Below are positions 52,528-64,000 of a DNA stretch of 64,000 bases, piece by piece. Position 1 is the stretch's first letter; each line of letters begins with the position of its first letter. The translations under genes were made by a program, and so were the position numbers. The notes under the pieces were generated by a model. The model saw only the letters and a list, made by a program, of their open reading frames with translations. It was not told the DNA's origin and searched no databases. Source of the stretch: Octopus sinensis (lineage: Eukaryota); NCBI RefSeq assembly GCF_006345805.1, contig NC_043022.1, forward strand, positions 5,890,001 through 5,954,000, given 5' to 3'.

Positions 52528-55020
52528 TATTTGTTTGTGTATCGTATATACTGACTCATGATGAAATCCTCATGCAGTTTTACTTTTACGATGACTTTAG
52601 TTTTATTTGTGGGAAAAATTAATCTCTGAAAACAGACCTCATCATCATCATCATCATCATTTAACATCCGTTTTCCATGAGCTGGCATGGCTGGAGAGCT
52701 ACACCAGGCCACAGTTGCCTGCTTTGGCATGGTTCCTATGGCTGGATGCCCTTCTTAACACCAACCATTTTACAGTATGCACTGGAAGCTTTTTATGTGG
52801 CACCAGCATCAGTACTTTCCACATGGAACCAGCACTGGGGCTCTCTACATGGCCCCAGCATCTGTGAGCTCATATGATAAAGACCCCTGTGGCTGAAGGG
52901 GTTCCAACTGTGCTGGAGAGGAGAGAGTGCCAGAATGTCTTGGTCAATAATGGGCCACATGTGGTCCACAGCCACATGTGGCCATGCAGGACCTTCTGAA
53001 AGGCACACTAATGAAAAGCTAGCTTGACTATTTTGAGTAGAGTGGTCTGTTTGACTCATAACTCATGACTCATGTGGCCCACGTCTCATAAAAGATTATG
53101 TTTGTGTCTGGTCTGACAGCCATCACACTGTCCCAGTCTTAGGCAAGTTACTCCATTCGTTTACTTTGATTGTTCTCTCTTATAAACCAGAGCAGGCGTG
53201 TACTAATAATTATTTCAAATTTTTTCCACAAGTCAGCTTGACGGGGTGGGATATGGGGATGAGTCGATTACATTGACCCCAGTATTCAACTGGTACTTAT
53301 TTTATTGATCCCGAAAGGATGAAAGGCCAAGTCGACCTCAGCAGGATTTGAACTCAAAATGTTGCAAAGGACGAACTACCGCTAAGCATTTTTCCAGCAT
53401 GCTAATGGTTCTGCCAGCTTGTCTCCATAATAATAATAATAATAATAACAACAGCAATAATGATAATAATAACATTATAGTGTTTCGTTGTTTTAATTCT
53501 TTGACTGGTTTCAGTTCAGTGATTTGACTGTGGCCATGCTGGGGCACTGCCTTCAAATGTTTTAGTCCATCATATCGACACCCCCCTTCCTTCCACCACC
53601 ACCACTAACTCACCCCCACCTCACCCAACCCCCTACCCCATACCTATTTCTGTCTGGTGGTACTTATTTTATTGATCCACCATTTATCAAGTGGCTCACT
53701 GACTCAGAGCCCCCCTGCCCCCCCCCCCCCCCGATGCACTGGGGGGGGCGGGCGGGGAGACACAGGGTGGGTTGACCCTGGCAGTGTGTAATGTCAAATA
53801 TATAAACACAAACATAGACACACACACACACACACAACTGCTTGTATATGTGGCTTGTTTTTGTTTCTTGGTTTTTTTTTTCTTTTTTCGTTTCTATTTC
53901 CATCCATCATTGTAAAAATGATAATAGAATAATGATGTTGACATTTCCAGCCGAGGTCAGAGAGTGGCACTTGTTCAGTCACCAGTCACCGCAAGAATTG
54001 TCTCTTGTTGTTGCTGTTGTTGTTGTTGTTGTTGTTGCTGCTTTTCACCAGTGAATTCTGCATCCACCAACCATTTTATAATTACTATCAGATATGGATT
54101 GACAATGAATACTTGAACTTAATGTTTTAAACTTGTAAGTCTGTTATAAAGGTCAGTAGAGAAGAGCTCCTACAGAAATAATTTGCATTTTGGGGTTTTT
54201 TTGTTTTTTGTGTGTGTGTGTGTGTGTGTGTGTTTTATTTCCACTTTAGTAGACATTGGCATCAGTTTGGTTAACCATTTTGTGGCTGAATTTCCCATTG
54301 AAATAAATTCCTTCCATGTACAGGTATGGTTATGGCAGAGTTAAGAAGTTTCATTTGAAGTGGCACAGTTCCAAAATTGGCTTTATTATGAAGGAATTGG
54401 AGACCAAGTGTCTTATGATAGGACATTCTTGGGTTGACAAATATTCTCTGAGTGAAATCTAGTTGATGGAAATTGTAATGAAGCTTGCCCTCCAGAATGT
54501 TGTGCAAAGTGGGTGACAAACTGGGCAGGAAATGCATTGGGTTCTGGATGCTTTTTATTTTCAATCTCTCTGGTGTTGGGGCCATACAAAACATCCAGTA
54601 CATTCTGTAAAGTGGTTGGCATTAAGGAAGCACATCCAGTCATAGAAACCATGCGAAATGGTATGTATGAACATCAGCTTTTGGAAGCAAAAGGAGATGA
54701 CTCAGACCATGAAGATTCATGTAACCCATGCCAGCATGGAAACTGGATGTAAATAAGGAAGATGAGGATGATTGATGTATATGTATGTATGTATGTATGC
54801 ATGCATGTTGACCATTTCAGACAGATTAGCCATAATCAGATGATGGCTGAACAGGCTTCAAAATCACTGTCAGTTATATTTTTGTATAAAAATAATAAAT
54901 CTGTACTCTTACACAAGTATAGAGTAACCCATCAGGTTAATGTAGAATTGTTTTTATTATTACTGAACATAAAAACAAACATTAACTTAATATATATATG
55001 TGTGTGTGTGTGTATATATA

Positions 55021-55051
<31 letters not shown>

Positions 55052-55470
55052 GTGTGTGTGTATATATATAAAAATATATATATATAAAACATATGCATAC
55101 ACACACATATACATACATGGATAATAAAACGAATGGTTTACACCAGTTGGTGAGTGTCCCACCTAGAGGAATCGATACTAAATACGTAGAAACAATTGTT
55201 GTGATTAATAATATATTCTCATATATTCCATCTTCTGTCTTTCATTTGTTTTTTATATATACATATATATACATATATATGTGTATATATATGCATGTAT
55301 GTATTTCTGAGTGCATGTATGTATATAATATATATAATGATAATAATAAGGATTATTATGAAGTAGCATAACATTATTTTTAATTCTTTTATATATACAG
55401 TTTTACATAAATGTTTGGAGTAATCCCTTACAATACATTTATAGACATATTTATATACATATACATACAT

Positions 55471-55530
<60 letters not shown>

Positions 55531-55542
<12 letters not shown>

Positions 55543-55783
55543 TTAGAGACAAAACCACTATTTTGCAAATCAACAAAGAAAGACTTAATCCAATACATAA
55601 AACAATTTTAATATAAATTAAATAAAATTATATTCGCCACTACAATTGTTTCATGTCTCTTCTCAGGACATTTTGCAAAATAGTGGTTTTGTCTCTAATT
55701 AATATTATATAATATTTTACTATAAAATTGGATTCAATCCTAAATCTGATTTTCCCTGTAAATTTGGATTTATTCCCTAATAT

Positions 55784-55795
<12 letters not shown>
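55531..55795. mobile_element. Family A palindromic repeat, second copy with core-truncated hammerhead
   Basis: 39-bp inverted arms 55531-55569 and 55672-55710; minus strand 55672-55637 reads ATGTC ctgagaaga GACAT GAAA CAATTG TA GTGG (CTGATGA missing); tail 55711-55795 is the reverse complement of 35431-35507. Confidence 0.8.
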
Positions 55796-55814
<19 letters not shown>

Positions 55815-56474
55815 TAGGGAGAGAATTGAGAGTTTACCTACAAGACACACTGTATTAACTAATGCTCCCCCCACCGCCTTTCAGCAGACATAACAATGTA
55901 TTTAAAGCCAAATTTTCATCAGTATAATCCTGTTATCTTGTTCTCCCGTTTCAGTGGGGCCTCATTCTGCCACACCGTGTTCATTTCCTATTATAATAAA
56001 CCAGAAATATTACCATCCCAAAACATAATCACCGATAGCATCTTAGTGCCGTAGTCATCAGCTTTAATACCATACGCCACTTAGTGTACAATTACCTAAG
56101 CATTTACCACCTCTACTTCACGTTTCCTGTCCAATGTAACCCTAGCAGCCATCATTTCTGATATTCTTCATATAGAAGATAAATATTTCCCTTCCACTCC
56201 CGGCTGAATAACTTCTTTCTCTTTATTGCAATATGGCTGTGGCTATATATGTACGGATGTGTGTGTGTATTTATGAGCACATTCCTACTTTCAATGTATT
56301 TATATAGGTGCAGGTATGACCGTGTGGTAAGAGGGCTTGCTTCCCAACCATATGGTTCTGGGTTCAGTCCCATCACCATGTGGCACCTTGGGCAAGTGTC
56401 TTCTGCTATAGCCTCAAGCTGACCAAAGCCTTGCAAGTATGTGTGTATATATATATATATACATACATATATAA

Positions 56475-56519
<45 letters not shown>

Positions 56520-56610
56520 CATATATAAATACATATATATATATATATACATACATACATACATATATAAATACATACATACATACATACATACTATATA
56601 TATATATATA

Positions 56611-56647
<37 letters not shown>

Positions 56648-56748
56648 GGAGTAACACATAAATGTGAAACAAGGTGGAAAAAAGAGTACTCAAATACCAG
56701 TGGTAGAGTAATATGCTTTATTTTAAGCAGCAGAAAATTCAACAAAAT

Positions 56749-56786
56749 CTGTTACTCTGAGTTTCTCGTTTCCGTTCATCAGACAG
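56749..56786 (-). ncRNA. Minimal type-I hammerhead ribozyme motif (family B, left arm)
   Basis: CTGT-CTGATGA-ACG gaaa CGA-GAAA-CTCAGAG-TA-ACAG on the minus strand. Confidence 0.8.
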
Positions 56787-56816
56787 TCTTTGCTAGATTC
56801 TAGTTTCTAGCAAAAA

Positions 56817-56854
56817 CTGTCTGATGAACGGCAACGAGAAACTCAGAGTAACAG
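56817..56854 (+). ncRNA. Minimal type-I hammerhead ribozyme motif (family B, right arm)
   Basis: CTGT-CTGATGA-ACG gcaa CGA-GAAA-CTCAGAG-TA-ACAG: stem I CTGT/ACAG, canonical core, short stem II with GNRA loop, stem III CTC/GAG. Confidence 0.8.
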
Positions 56855-57109
56855 ATTTTGTTGAATTTTCTGCTGCTTAAAATAAAGTATATATATATAC
56901 ACACATACACATCCCATACTCTCGGAGTGGTTGGCATTAGGAAGGGCATCCAGCCATAGAAACCATGCCAAATCAGACGGGAGTCTGGTACAATCTTACA
57001 GCTTGCCAGTCCTGGTCAAACCGTCCAACTCATGCCAGCATAGACAACAGACATTAAATGATGATGATGATGATGATGATGTTGATGATGATATGTGTAT
57101 ATGCATAAT

Positions 57110-57151
<42 letters not shown>

Positions 57152-57918
57152 CAAGTGTGTGTGTTCTTTGCATCTTTGTCCCCCCACAACCACCATTTCA
57201 CAACTGATGTTTGTGTGTTTATGTCTCTGTGACTTAGCAGTTCAGCAAAAGAGACCGATAGAATAAGTACCAGGTTTAAAAAAACTACTGCGGTCAATTT
57301 GTTTGACTAAAAATTCTTCAAAGTGTTGCTCCAGTATGGTCACAGTCTTATGACTGAAACAAGTAAAGGATAAGAGATGGGTGCAGGTTTGGTTGTGTGG
57401 TTAAGGAGCTTGTTTTTGCATCCCTGTAGTTCTTGGTTCAATCCCAGTATGTTGTACCCTTTTCACCTGGTTGCCTCCTTCTTACACCTCAGCTTGACCA
57501 CAGCTTAATTTGTGGAATTTAATCAAACCTAAGTCTCTGGTCCCAGCTCATGGTACCTTGTTGTAAGATAGAACCAGGAACCCTCAAGTTGCCAAGTTCC
57601 AAACCACACAGAGATACACCTTCACCTACCTTCTGCCATCTTTTCTGAATTCATTAGAAGTTTTTCCTGATAATTTCTCTCTTGTTGCTTTATTACAGAG
57701 AAGGGTGTTACACCTGAAATTACATTGCTACCCTTAACACAACATTTCTGCTAGTACATACCCTTAATTCTGCACTTTATATTGACACGTACCCTGAACA
57801 GGATACTTTGTGCTAATATACACCCACAACATTTCATTTATTTTGAGTTCTAGCATTACACTTTCAATTGATGTATAATTGTTACAACTTATGCCGCTAA
57901 TCTCTGTGTATATATGAG

Positions 57919-58295
57919 AGTAGCAGTATCGCCCGGCGTTGCTCGGGTTTGTAAGGGAAATAACTATAAAGCATTTTTTGAGAGTTATAGTCAAAAAATA
58001 GCAAAAAAATGGGGGGAAAATGATGGTAAATTTTTTTGATAGTTAAAAAGGTCGAGTTGCGTCCCCTAGACAGTCTGTGGTTTGTGTTTCTGATTCTCGA
58101 CCCCATGTCGAATTTATCGATTTTTTTCGGAGCTGGGGGAACTTTTCAAAATTTTCGCTGCGTTAGTTTTGAATTATGACATTGGGCTATGTGTGTGTCA
58201 AGTTTCATCAGAATCGGTTGAAAGCCGTGGTCAGGGTGAGGATACAACTTGACAGACACGCAGACAGACAAACTGCCGTTTATATAGAGAGAGAT
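57919..58295 (+). mobile_element. Helentron/DINE-like non-autonomous rolling-circle element
   Basis: 5' TAGCAGTATCG + hairpin CCCGGCGTTGCTCGGG, (GACA)n near the 3' end, ends TTTATATAGAGAGAGAT. Confidence 0.55.
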
Positions 58296-58765
58296 GTAAT
58301 AATGAAGTGAAACCAAACAATGATATTTTGAAATCATTTAATATGCATGTTTCTGGTATGCATGATACATACAAGGAAATGCATCCAGTGTGTAAGATCT
58401 TCCTCTGTTAAAGTGTTTCCAAATGTCACTGTTTGGTTTGTCTTCAGTATTACAACTTATATGACCCGATGCCAGTGCAAACTCGTCAATCCAGCCTACA
58501 CTTAACTGAATACTCTAACAATAGTTTGGTGTAGTTTTTTTTATTTATATTTGACTTGAGTCAAAAATTCTGGCATCATGCACTGCTTCTTAGCTTAAAA
58601 TGAAATAGCTATGCATACACACACACACGACAGTTACAAGTCAAAGTATACCACAAGTGGTATACATATATATGTATATGTATGTGTTCATATATATGTA
58701 TATGTGTGTGTTTGTATATATGTATATGTGTGTGTTTGTATATATGTATGTTATCTATCTATCTA

Positions 58766-58818
<53 letters not shown>

Positions 58819-58995
58819 ATATATATATATGCATTTATATACATGTGTGTGTATATATGTATATTTATACATATGTGTATATATGTATATATATATGTGT
58901 GTATATATATATGCATTTATATACATGTGTGTGTATATATGTATATTTATACATATATGTATATATATATGTGTGTGTATATCTATATCTATCTA

Positions 58996-59035
<40 letters not shown>

Positions 59036-59579
59036 TATATATCATGGTTCCAGTTTAAAGCACTCTGTAGGACTGTACAAGAATCCTCGTCTCCTACACT
59101 CTGCTATAATTATTCTGATAAAATTGGATAAGAGCTATCTTTCCGACATCACTACGGTAACCAACGGCTTCATTACATTATATAAAGAATTCTCTTGGCA
59201 TATTATGGTAAACTCTTAATTCGCTCACAGCAAACTCTTAGAGCAGAGATAGCAAAGATTTTATGGCCAGATGAGCAGCAAGCAACAGATTAAAAACAGT
59301 TTTAATAGCACAGATCTTATCGTGATTAACAGATTTAATAACTGCTTTATCCAGCTGCACTTAAACAACTAAATCAGGTTAGAAAATGGTCCTGGCTTGG
59401 TTGAGGGAACGGTATCTGGAAATTAGGGGGGAAAACAACTAAAAAATGAAATAAAAAATACAAAAAAAAATAGAGACTTCAACTCCAGTATGCGTATCTT
59501 GTGTTCTAGAAAATTTTCAGTACTTAAAATCAGTATTAACTTTTCCTTGACAGTATAATCCAAAAAAAAAAACCTTGTC

Positions 59580-59613
<34 letters not shown>

Positions 59614-59819
59614 CATGGTAGTGGTGAGCTGACAGAATCATTAGCACGCTGGGTGGCATTTCATCTGTCCGCATCTTCTGAGTTCAAATTCCGCTGAGGT
59701 TAACGTTGCCTTTCATTCTTTCATGGCCAGTGAAATAAGTACCAGTTGAGTACTGGGGTCCATATAATCAACTACCACCTTCCCCCAAAATTTCAGGACT
59801 TGTACATATAGTAGAAAGG

Positions 59820-59861
<42 letters not shown>

Positions 59862-59894
59862 ATTATTATTATTTGTCTGTTTGTTTGTCCAAAC

Positions 59895-60384
59895 AATGAC
59901 AGGCATAAGATCTGGTCATCAAATCTAAGTAGAGACTTCAAACTTGAAATCTTCAAGGCCACAGTCGAACCAATTCTACTATATGGCTCAGGAACCTGGA
60001 CATTATCAAAGAAGCTTGAGAGGCGGTTGGGTGGAACCTACACTCGCCTCCTTATGAGAGCTCAAAATCTCTCATAGAAGCGTCATCCAACCAAAATGCA
60101 AATATATGGGAAACTACCACCTGTGTCATCTCTTGTGAAAGGTAGGAGAGTCCAGTTTCCTGGACATTGTTGTAGAGCTGAAAACAAGACAATTTCTACT
60201 CTTCTCCTCTGGAAGCCATCTGCTCGCAATACCAGAGGGCGCACACTCTCCTACCCTGATGTAATCTCCGGAGATACAGGCATCCAGCAACAGGACCTCC
60301 GTAATGCTATGATGGACCGTAAAGTCTGGCGTAGCATGGTAAATTCCATTGTCTCGACCACGGTCGAACAATGATGATGATGAT
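59895..60384 (+). mobile_element. RTE-clade LINE 3' fragment
   Basis: KIWSSNLSRDFKLEIFKATVEPILLYGSGTWTLSKKLERRLGGTYTRLLMRAQNLS*KRHPTKMQIYGKLPPVSSLVKGRRVQFPGHC..., one in-frame stop; 3' stem-loop TCGACC-AC-GGTCGA (60354-60367) and (GAT)n tail. Confidence 0.92.
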
Positions 60385-60639
60385 GTTTGTCCATGGACAA
60401 GATATCTCAAGAACCACTGGATAGATTTGGATGAAACATTCAGGGAAATATATTTGACTGAAGTTGGCCAGAGATATGTCTGTACTCGTTCTGAGTTCAC
60501 CTTTGGTAATTATTCAAAGAACCTAACCAAGTACCCAACTCTGAGGACATATTTCATACTTATCCCAAGTAGATATCTGATACTAATTCTAGGCACATAG
60601 GGTACTTTTTCCAAGTACATATCTGGTACTTATTGTAAG

Positions 60640-60922
60640 TACAAGGAGGATCAGATGTAAGATACAAGGTGGGCAACTGAGTTGACATGGGATGTGTGAC
60701 AGATAAAGAAGATGACAGATGGGTGAAAAAGTGCCGAGAGATGCAAATGGAAAAGGAAAACCAAGGAAGACATGGACAGAAATTGTGCAAACTGAGCTTG
60801 GGAATGTCAGTAGAGAGAAGACAAAGGGTTGTTACACATGATGTGCTGTACTGGAGATGACCTGTCCAACCTGTCAAAGTGTACAGAAATGGACATGGAA
60901 ATGGTGATGACGGTGATGACGG
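60640..60922 (+). mobile_element. Old RTE-like LINE 3' fragment
   Basis: Frameshifted remnant DDRWVKKCREMQ.../KPRKTWTEIV followed by a degenerate (GAT/GGT)n tail. Confidence 0.65.
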
Positions 60923-61269
60923 CAACAACAAAGCTGATGCTAATATCTAGTGATGAATAATCTTAAGGATTAAAATTAAACAAGGAATATTCTTTTTTTC
61001 TTTTTTTTTCAGTCCTCTCAGCAGTAATTCAGTGTGGAAAGGTCTATCATTTTAAATATTTCTTGAACTTATAAATTTATGAACTGGTTTGGTGGGGGGG
61101 GGTGGATGTGACAAATTACTCAAGAGATATAAAAAAAAAGATTTTTAATTTCTTTTTATATTCAAAATGTCATTTAGACGCGAATGTCTGCTTTGTAAGA
61201 AAACATCTTGCCTTCACTGCACCCAATTTAGCATAACATCTGAGGATAGACATATTGATAGAGGTGTCG

Positions 61270-61306
<37 letters not shown>

Positions 61307-61492
61307 GTGTGGTGTGTGTGTGTGTGTGTTTGTGTATATACTAAATATATATATCTGAATATGTGTATATACATAAAATATATGTATACATACATATATA
61401 TATATGAATATGTGTATATACATAAATATATAGATATATATATATATATAGCTATGAATGTGTATATACATAATATATATATATATGTATAT

Positions 61493-61531
<39 letters not shown>

Positions 61532-61538
61532 ACATATT

Positions 61539-61574
<36 letters not shown>

Positions 61575-62204
61575 ATTTATATATATATACATATTTGGAT
61601 AAAAAATATATATACATTTAAATACACATATATAAACATACATATATATATGGGTTATGAAATACAGGTTTTTACAGAGGACCATATGGTATACACAAGG
61701 CATCATGTATATCTCCTTAAGCAGTCCCATACACTTTATATAAATAATACATACCATTCTACATCCACGCAATCACAATTATGCATCTATCTACACAAAT
61801 TTATCATAATTATACCCCAATTTCCAGCCAGCCAGCCAACAATTCACACACACCTTAAATACACACACACACACACACACACACACACGTATACCATATG
61901 ACTGTGAGTTCTTCTCTCTTGTGAAAACATCCTTCTCCCCGTAGCCGTTAGGAGCATAAATTCACTGACACTGCAGTTCCAGCCCGTGTTGTGTATATAT
62001 TTGGGCCAGGATGTATTTCATGCTAACAGAATACTTCCTTTCTGCGAAAGCATCATTTCTTTTGAATAATTACAAAACTTGCATCCTGTGCCAGGAGATA
62101 CGATACGCTGGGATTCCGCATCATCAGAACGCCACCACACCTAATGTATACTGCCATATCCTGACTACTAAGACATCACTTCTACCATTTCTCCACACAC
62201 ACAC

Positions 62205-62384
62205 ACACACACACACACTTATATATATATATATAATATATATATATATATATTATATATATATAATATATCTATATATATTTATATATATATATATTTA
62301 TATTATTATATATTATATATATATAGATATTATATTATATATATATATTTATATATTATATATATTTATATATATATTATTTTT

Positions 62385-62416
<32 letters not shown>

Positions 62417-62597
62417 TATTATATATATATATTTTATATTATATATATTTCTATATATATATATTATTTATATATATATATATTTATATCTATATATATA
62501 TATTTAATATATATATATATTTTATTATATATACTATATTTATATATATTATATATATATATATATTATATATTATATTATATATTATATATATATT

Positions 62598-62632
<35 letters not shown>

Positions 62633-62686
62633 ATATATATATTATATACTATATATTATAGTATTTATATATCTATATATATATTT

Positions 62687-62718
<32 letters not shown>

Positions 62719-62769
62719 GATATATATATAGATTTATATATATATATATATAATATTTTATATCTATAG

Positions 62770-62821
<52 letters not shown>

Positions 62822-62865
62822 ATATTTATATATATATAATATATATATATTTATATATATATACA
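62205..62865. repeat. Degenerate (TA)n block
   Basis: ~650 bp nearly pure A/T. Confidence 0.97.
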
Positions 62866-64000
62866 TCCATAAACACGCTTATGTGGGTGTGTGTGTAACT
62901 ACACACTAAATGTTTTACTATATTAATCAAATCCCACATAATCTCTCATCTCTTGCTTTCTGTCACTGCAAGCAGATGTGTCTCTTTCCATCATGATTCA
63001 CTTCCAGTATCTCGTATGTATGTATGTATGTATGTACATAGGTAGATAGGCATCTAGGACCGTAGGAAGGTATATATTTATATATGTGTGTGTGTTGTGT
63101 GCATATGTGAAAATATATATTATGTATAGCTTTGTCAGCATACGTATGTGTGTGTGTGTGTATTGTCTTAAAAGTAACAAGATAAGTCACTTAATAGTTA
63201 CAGAAATTGTATGTTTGCGGATGTGTTGGGCATATAGTAATATATATATAATGTGTGTGTGTGTCTATACATATATATATGCATATATGTCTATACACAC
63301 ATATATATGTTTATATATATGTATATATACATGTGTGTGTGTCTATATGTTTGTGCATAAGTGTGCTATTATGTTTGTGTGTAAGTGTGCTATTGTGTGT
63401 GTGTGTGTGTGTGTCTGTGTGTGTGTGTGTGTGTCCTGAATGTGTTGGTATGTATGAAGAGCATAACGTTTGGATGCTTTATTTCTAATCCATTTAATTT
63501 CCTCCCTTCACCAAAGCCGGGGCCAGGCTCCCCTCAAGGAAGAAATGTTCTTTTAGTCAAATTCAGAAACAGAAACTCTTAACCACAATTTCCACAACAA
63601 TCTATTCTTGTGAATTTGTTAAAAGTTTGACATATTTTTAGTCTTCCTTACAGGATTGCAGTTGGAGAACTGACATAAAATGGGGGTTGGAGGGGGGGGT
63701 CTTTACTTCGAGCCCGAAATTCCTGAATTTTCTGAGTTTTTGTTTTAACATTTAGTGTGTGTGTGTAGTATGTGTGTGCATTCTTTGAATTTCCCAAATA
63801 AGAGAACTCCTGGTGGCTAACTACCAATGTTCTCTCGTAATTTAAACATCAACGGGATAGAATAACATCATCCTGATTTTGGAATTGGCTTACCATTCCA
63901 TTTGGATGTTGTCTATGTGTATACATACATACATACATATATATATATAATATATATATATATGATATATATTATATGATATACATCATTACTTATATAT

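Larger units (their letters stand above)
56646..56887. mobile_element. Palindromic hammerhead-bearing repeat, family B
   Basis: 82-bp inverted arms 56716-56797 and 56806-56887, 2 mismatches, 8-nt loop; ~70-bp unpaired tail at left; embedded in (TA)n. Confidence 0.85.

Noticed and set aside
52890-53100. CCACATGTGG palindrome twice
   Set aside because: Probably CpG-decayed subterminal motifs of an old hAT MITE; ends and TSD not identifiable
57699-57754. Strong plus-strand acceptors here and at 63653
   Set aside because: Frames close within a few to 18 codons; no donor or homology support

Overview
AT-rich, microsatellite-saturated animal genomic DNA. The repeat families look like those of octopus/coleoid cephalopod genomes; this is inference from recalled repeat sequences, not a search. 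I cannot support any intact protein-coding gene, and almost all ORF-track entries are simple-repeat artefacts. The window is a mosaic of (i) several tRNA-headed SINE families plus a (GAT)n-tailed retroposon, (ii) 3' fragments of CR1 and RTE LINEs, (iii) a Tc1/mariner end, two hAT-type MITEs and two Helentron/DINE-like elements, (iv) a 1.35-kb tandem duplication, and (v) many mini- and microsatellites. The main discovery is four unrelated short repeat families (10 copies in total) carrying minimal type-I hammerhead-ribozyme (HHR) motifs. Two families form long near-perfect DNA palindromes (about 155-bp arms at 35.5 kb and 82-bp arms at 56.7 kb) with a hammerhead in each arm. Three families abut (TA)n tracts. 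This architecture matches Penelope-like-element pseudo-LTR remnants or retrozyme-like non-autonomous elements. One family has an atypical core (CUGUUGA plus an extra A). Coordinates of degenerate repeats are approximate to about 10 bp.
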